Shown here one piece after another: positions 58,977 through 64,000 of a DNA stretch of 64,000 bases. The stretch lies in the IMG/VR virus record IMGVR_UViG_3300044639_001144; one strand, written 5' to 3'. The DNA comes from a virus. How positions within the stretch are numbered: the stretch's first letter is position 1; every line of letters begins with the position of its first letter. The position numbers and the translations under genes were made by a program. Under the pieces are notes generated by a model. It did no database searches. It was not told the origin of the DNA and was given only the letters and a program-made list of their open reading frames with translations.

Positions 58977-60121
58977 ATACTTTTTATTTCCCAAACTTTG
59001 TATTTTGGTACTGGTGATAGTTTATCCATATCAAAATAATCTACAATTTCTGGAAATACTTCTTTCCAATTTGATTTTCTATGTCTATCGTGATAGTTAA
59101 TATAATTGAGCATGTATTGGCACTTCTGTACATCAAATGGGCTCATTATTTTAGAAATTCTACTATCTTCACCATATTTTTGTTTAATAACTTCTTGTAA
59201 GGCAGGGGGTATAGAGTTCATATTCATTTCTAGACCAACGACTGGATGCGGGTTAAGAAACCATTTTTCTATCTTAGTAGTATTATGTTTTCCAATAGCA
59301 AATTTCTTTGCCCATTCGGTATAGGTATCTATGTAAAACATGTTAAAAGGAGTGGCAGTAAAACTAAGATTTATCACTAAATTAGAATGTTTTAATAAAA
59401 AATATTTTTCTAAATTAGCTTCGACTTGATGCCATTGTAATGGCCACCTTAAATAATTAAATTGTTCACCAATGGCATCAATACTAACTGCTACATTTAC
59501 ATCTCCAAATTTTTTCCATAATTCTAGTGTTTCTTCACATGGAAACAAACTTCCATTTGTCACATATACAAGGTTTACATCCTTTGGATTTTTAACTAAT
59601 TTTAACATTCTTAGTTGTGTATTAGTTTTGAATGGTTCGCCACCAAAGAAATGTATTTGTTTTACTTTAGAAAAATCAATTATTTCAGTGACAGTATTAA
59701 TACGGTCTTCGACAGTTGTATTCCATCTATAGGTTGGACTTTTAAGTTTGAGTGTTTTTGTTTCGTATTGCTGCCATGTAGTACTATTCCAAGTCCCACA
59801 CATTAAACAAGCGGCATTACAATCATCATCTAATTGCAATTCAATTTTAATAGGATCACCAATTGGATCGTTATTAGTGTATACTGACGTATTAGTATTG
59901 GATATAGTTCTAGGAGAATCAGTTCCAGCTTTTTCTAAATCATAGCAATAGCTACACTCTGGAAGCCAGTCATCAACTTTGTTTAAATTTAAAAAAGTTT
60001 CTTTAATTTTATCTATGTCAAGTATATTAACTTGCGTTTGTGGAGTATGCTTAATCCAGCAACATGGTTTTACATTATCATAGGTAAAATGATAGGTATT
60101 AGTTAAAAATTTACAAAACAT
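58973..60121 (-). CDS. radical SAM enzyme with N-terminal Cys-rich (Twitch-like) domain
   Basis: MFC...KPCC...ECSYC..E; CNAACLMC...NST.W; FFGGEP; YVTNGS; SIDA.G....YLRWP..W. Confidence 0.88.
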   Translation of the reverse strand: MFCKFLTNTYHFTYDNVKPCCWIKHTPQTQVNILDIDKIKETFLNLNKVDDWLPECSYCYDLEKAGTDSPRTISNTNTSVYTNNDPIGDPIKIELQLDDDCNAACLMCGTWNSTTWQQYETKTLKLKSPTYRWNTTVEDRINTVTEIIDFSKVKQIHFFGGEPFKTNTQLRMLKLVKNPKDVNLVYVTNGSLFPCEETLELWKKFGDVNVAVSIDAIGEQFNYLRWPLQWHQVEANLEKYFLLKHSNLVINLSFTATPFNMFYIDTYTEWAKKFAIGKHNTTKIEKWFLNPHPVVGLEMNMNSIPPALQEVIKQKYGEDSRISKIMSPFDVQKCQYMLNYINYHDRHRKSNWKEVFPEIVDYFDMDKLSPVPKYKVWEIKSI

Positions 60122-61061
60122 TATCAATCCTTTTATTGATAGAAACATCAGTGTCACAATGGCATAAATTTACATTACATTTAACAGGTTGTGTTACCCA
60201 TGTGATATTTTCTGGATCATTAATAGATCCCAATGGACCTCCGACACAACAGTTACCGGCGAATACTACTCCATTGTAATCAATGTAAAGTGATTTTAAT
60301 CCGATTTCGCAATCATATCCTTTAAAATGAGTTAACCCGCTATTAACTAAGTCTGTGGTATTGGCATTTTCTATACTTGTACCATCTTGGAAAAAATATG
60401 TAGCACCTAGTCCGGGTACATCTCTACGATTCAAATGCAACATCTTGCCTGTGTTGTCAGGTCTATTTTGTTCAAACCACATTTGTTGGGGAACATTATA
60501 TACATGAGCACTTGAATCCATCCCACGTTTGTCCTGTATCATTACTGGTTCTATTGTAAATTTATCTATTTTAGATAACTTATTGTATGCCGCCACACAT
60601 TGTTCCCATTGTCCAGGCAGCATTAATATACGGACATTAGTTGGAATTAATTCTGCTACTGCTAATGTTTTTTCTAAAAAGTTTATATCAACAAATTGCG
60701 AATGCCACGAAATTGATGCGTAATTTAGATACGGTGCTAACTCTTTCCAATACCTAACAGGTTTTGCTAGATTAGTTGTTACCCCGATAGTATGCCCACG
60801 ATCGTAAAACAGTTTACAAATTTCAGGAAAGAATGGACTGACGCTAGGCTCGCCTCCGCTGACACTACAATGTATTTTGGGATATTTTTTAAATAGCATT
60901 TCAAAAAATCTAAGGGCATTAGCCCATTCATAGTTATGATTTTTGCCCATATGTAAATTGGTTGCACAGTATGAACAATGGTTAGTACATATATTATTAA
61001 TGATCCATGTTAAATTTAGTGGAGCATTATTAGGTTGTTGTACCCTAATTATCTTATTCAT
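60111..61061 (-). CDS. radical SAM enzyme (paralog of 52890..53858)
   Basis: CTNHCSYC, SGGEPS, TTN, CEIG...GNCC...C.V.LC.C. Confidence 0.88.
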   Translation of the reverse strand: MNKIIRVQQPNNAPLNLTWIINNICTNHCSYCATNLHMGKNHNYEWANALRFFEMLFKKYPKIHCSVSGGEPSVSPFFPEICKLFYDRGHTIGVTTNLAKPVRYWKELAPYLNYASISWHSQFVDINFLEKTLAVAELIPTNVRILMLPGQWEQCVAAYNKLSKIDKFTIEPVMIQDKRGMDSSAHVYNVPQQMWFEQNRPDNTGKMLHLNRRDVPGLGATYFFQDGTSIENANTTDLVNSGLTHFKGYDCEIGLKSLYIDYNGVVFAGNCCVGGPLGSINDPENITWVTQPVKCNVNLCHCDTDVSINKRIDNVL

Positions 61062-61996
61062 TCAATCCACTTGTTAATGTTAACATCACTCGAGCAACTA
61101 CATAAATCAATATTACATTTGATATTATCAGTAGGCCACATAATTTTTTCAGGTTTATTAATGTTTCCAATTTTCCCACCGACTAAACAATTGCCCAAGT
61201 ATACTATTCCATTGGGCCTGACAAATAATGATTTTTTACCTATTTCACAAGTATATCCGTTAAAATTAGTATATCCACGATTGACCCAGTCACTAGCATT
61301 AGCTTTTTCTATGATAGTGCCATCATCAAAATAAAAGTCACTTATTATCTCAACGGGTTCATAATAAGGGACGTGTTTTAAAATGCGATGATTTCCTTGA
61401 TTATTATTAAACCATGCTAATTGTTCGTCGGTGTAGACCGATGATATAGGATCAGTATCATTATATGGCATAATTTTTACTGGTTCTGTTACAAACTCCC
61501 AACGGGCACTGAATTCATTGAACATCGAAATACATTCGTCCCACTTACTAGATAGCATCATTACACGAACAGTAACAGTTATTTGTCTAGCAGCAGCAAC
61601 TACTTTTTCTAAAAAGTTTTTATCTGGAAATTCAGGATGCCATGAAAAACTAATGTAGTCTAAGTAAGGAGCAATATCTCGCCAATAACTTGCCGGCTTA
61701 GCAGCGTTAGATGTACATCCAATCGAATGTCCTGCGTCATGAAATGTTTTACAAATCTCTGGGAAGAATGGACTTAAACTTGGTTCTCCACCACTGACAC
61801 TACAATGTATTTTTGGATATCTCTTAAATAATATTTCAAAAAACCGTTTAGCATTCTCCCATTCATAATGATGATTCTTCCCTTCGTGTAAGTTAGGTGG
61901 GCAATAACTACAATGGTTAGTGCATATATTGTTAATCATCCATGTAAGATGCATAGGAGCATTATCCGGCTGCTGAATTCTAATTATTTTGTTCAT
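61058..61996 (-). CDS. radical SAM enzyme (paralog of 60111..61061)
   Basis: CTNHCSYC, SGGEPS, CEIG...GNC...C.I.LC.C; CTAAATA upstream (62051-62057, minus). Confidence 0.88.
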   Translation of the reverse strand: MNKIIRIQQPDNAPMHLTWMINNICTNHCSYCPPNLHEGKNHHYEWENAKRFFEILFKRYPKIHCSVSGGEPSLSPFFPEICKTFHDAGHSIGCTSNAAKPASYWRDIAPYLDYISFSWHPEFPDKNFLEKVVAAARQITVTVRVMMLSSKWDECISMFNEFSARWEFVTEPVKIMPYNDTDPISSVYTDEQLAWFNNNQGNHRILKHVPYYEPVEIISDFYFDDGTIIEKANASDWVNRGYTNFNGYTCEIGKKSLFVRPNGIVYLGNCLVGGKIGNINKPEKIMWPTDNIKCNIDLCSCSSDVNINKWIE

Positions 61997-62087
61997 TGGT
62001 ATCTATGTTAATTTAAGGTAGAATATATTATTCTAGTTGATTTGTAACACTATTTAGTGCCTATATTTTATGTCACTAAATACTTTT

Positions 62088-62714
62088 ATGATTATTTCCT
62101 TGCCCAGCATTGCCATTCTAATAGATTGTTGGAAAAGTCCCATAGAAAATAGCAGTTCAAAAAAATGTTTTAATAATATTATAAATTTCTTAGATACTAC
62201 TGCAAGTATTACTACAGTAGTACTTGCGACTTACAATTGTAACACAGAACGATACACTCCCGACTCTATTTGGGCTGATAATAACATGTCATTGTTTACA
62301 AATCCAATAAGAAAAAAAATTATTGATTTAAAATTAGCATTTGATTTGTTATATGCTAATAGTAATAACAATTTTAAATCAGAACAAACAGATCCTATTA
62401 TATGGAATTATCTAAACCCATCAAAATACCAAGTGGCTATGTATTGGTGGTGGGAGTTAGAATACTATTTGTTATTACATCCTGAAGTGAAAAATATATA
62501 TTTTTTTGGAGCAGCATGGGAACAATGTGTTAGGAATCGTCCATTAGGATACAAATCTATATTAGAAGAAGGTACTGATCTTAATATACTAACTAATAAA
62601 AATTGTATTCTTTCTGAGAATCATAGTTCCCTTATAAATTTAAATACTAATACTGATTGGAAGTATCTTGGTAATGACATATATCATTACCAACCTGCTC
62701 TACCCAGCGTCTAA
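62088..62714 (+). CDS. cysteine hydrolase/isochorismatase-like protein
   Basis: AILIDCW near the N-terminus; IYFFGAAWEQCV..RP.G; TAAATA 5 nt upstream favours ATG 62088. Confidence 0.5.
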   Translation: MIISLPSIAILIDCWKSPIENSSSKKCFNNIINFLDTTASITTVVLATYNCNTERYTPDSIWADNNMSLFTNPIRKKIIDLKLAFDLLYANSNNNFKSEQTDPIIWNYLNPSKYQVAMYWWWELEYYLLLHPEVKNIYFFGAAWEQCVRNRPLGYKSILEEGTDLNILTNKNCILSENHSSLINLNTNTDWKYLGNDIYHYQPALPSV

Positions 62715-63719
62715 TATCTGTATACTAACTATTTTATTAAACTTACTCCAGACATTGACATTCCATTCCTTTGCATCTTTGTGTGAGTATGTAAATGGTA
62801 TTGTTATTGATTCACCATCTCCAATTTTATAATCTGATATTCTGGCTAATGGTATATAACCTAATGCTAATTCAGACAGTTTCATATTAGGATCATGAAC
62901 TTCTGATAAATTATTCTTCATCCACCAGTTATAGAACTTTACTCTGTTGACATAGGTAAGTGATGGACGGCCAAAGTGCATGTAGAACTCAGCCGCAAAT
63001 CTTGCTTGTGGTCGAACAGCATGCCGTTTCACTACTTCAATATCATTCTCATTTAGTACGCTTGACCAATGTTTACCTAAGGTGTTGTACCCTAGGTACA
63101 TCCATCCCCATTGCAAGTCTGAACCAAATAAGAAGAAGTCTTCTGGTTTAAGATCCTGATGTATGCCTGCTGGTAAGTAATCTACTAAACAAGTACATAG
63201 TCCTTGATCAGGAGTTTCCCAATTTCTAAAGATAGCTTCAAAATTATGTATCTGCTCATTTAAACGTAAGAATCTATCATGTAGTTCAAAGTTTTGACAT
63301 TTGCCTGGCCATATTGCGTTTGCTAACTCAGGCTTATCATCAGGATTATTAAAATATTTTGTATCTAATAATTCCTGTAGTCTGTCGCCATAAATCTCAT
63401 ATTCTTCATGTAAATCATTAAGTACATCTTGGGTGGCATGTAAGTGTTCTAATGATATAATATCATCTAACGCAACATCATACATGGAGTTAATTTTTAA
63501 TATATTGTCTCTAAACTCAGCAAAGTTTTCCTTACGATCTTCTGGACTTAAGATTCTTCTATAGTTGGCTTGTATAGTATGATTGGCTTCTTGATTCTGT
63601 TTGATCATTGCCAACCATCTATCACCTAGATCAGTATCTAAAATTTTAAATTTAATATGTAACTGCTCATTGTTTTTATTACTGGCTGTTACTATCAAAC
63701 TTCGATCATTTTTCCACAT
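62700..63719 (-). CDS. hypothetical protein
   Basis: 339 aa; LNDLHEEYE, LNEQIH.FE, WG..YLGY..LGK, LALG.IPLA. Confidence 0.65.
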   Translation of the reverse strand: MWKNDRSLIVTASNKNNEQLHIKFKILDTDLGDRWLAMIKQNQEANHTIQANYRRILSPEDRKENFAEFRDNILKINSMYDVALDDIISLEHLHATQDVLNDLHEEYEIYGDRLQELLDTKYFNNPDDKPELANAIWPGKCQNFELHDRFLRLNEQIHNFEAIFRNWETPDQGLCTCLVDYLPAGIHQDLKPEDFFLFGSDLQWGWMYLGYNTLGKHWSSVLNENDIEVVKRHAVRPQARFAAEFYMHFGRPSLTYVNRVKFYNWWMKNNLSEVHDPNMKLSELALGYIPLARISDYKIGDGESITIPFTYSHKDAKEWNVNVWSKFNKIVSIQILDAG

Positions 63720-64000
63720 TTAATGCTACCTTTACTGATTTTAGCTCTGGTATAATCTCAAATGTATCTTCATTGCGTAACGCATCTAATTTTGCTGTTT
63801 GTCTTAAGAAATGTTTAGCTGCTGATACATTGAACGGCTTAGTTAATTCAAATAAGATGTGTTCAAACAATTTACTAATGTTAGTTCCATGCTTCTCGTT
63901 AAATTCTGTTATAAAATTTTCCAACTTAAGAATGATTTCGTGTTTGAAGTCATCTGGCAGAATACTTACATGATAGTAAATAGGACTTTCTAACAAATTA
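63706..64000 (-). CDS. C-terminal fragment of a probable radical SAM enzyme (5' end outside the window)
   Basis: P..Y...ILP...K ... F......LD..RNE......PEL, resembling the C-terminus of 58973..60121. Confidence 0.55.
   Translation of the reverse strand, partial: NLLESPIYYHVSILPDDFKHEIILKLENFITEFNEKHGTNISKLFEHILFELTKPFNVSAAKHFLRQTAKLDALRNEDTFEIIPELKSVKVALNVEK

Noticed and set aside
1-64000. Stop-codon reassignment as seen in some jumbo phages
   Set aside because: Genes are full length and densely packed under code 11, and TAA, TGA and TAG all serve as stops

Overview
A 64 kb, AT-rich segment of a large T4-like (Tevenvirinae-related, probably jumbo) myophage genome, read in the standard genetic code. 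From left to right: (1) a truncated HNH/NUMOD3 homing endonuclease; (2) a minus-strand head module (gp23 capsid, gp22 scaffold, gp21 protease, acidic core proteins, gp20 portal); (3) two tandem paralogous tape-measure/hub-like proteins carrying different peptidoglycan hydrolase domains (GH19-like and peptidase M15-like); (4) a gp26-like gene joined to a small gp51-like ORF by an apparent -1 slippery site; (5) a ~500 nt ORF-free, hairpin-rich region downstream of a small GIY-YIG gene, a candidate large structured ncRNA; (6) gp46/gp47 and the late sigma factor gp55; (7) a plus-strand baseplate/tail-fibre module (gp48/54-like, gp53, hub, gp5, gp25, gp6, a 5101-aa wedge/adhesin, fibre proteins); (8) three glycosyltransferase-like genes; (9) a convergent tailoring-enzyme island of radical SAM, SGNH-like, methyltransferase, 2OG-Fe(II) oxygenase and cysteine-hydrolase-like genes. 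Many genes have a TAAATA late-promoter box or a sigma70 -10 box only 5-7 nt upstream of the ATG, suggesting leaderless mRNAs. All calls come from reading motifs by eye; no database searches were run.
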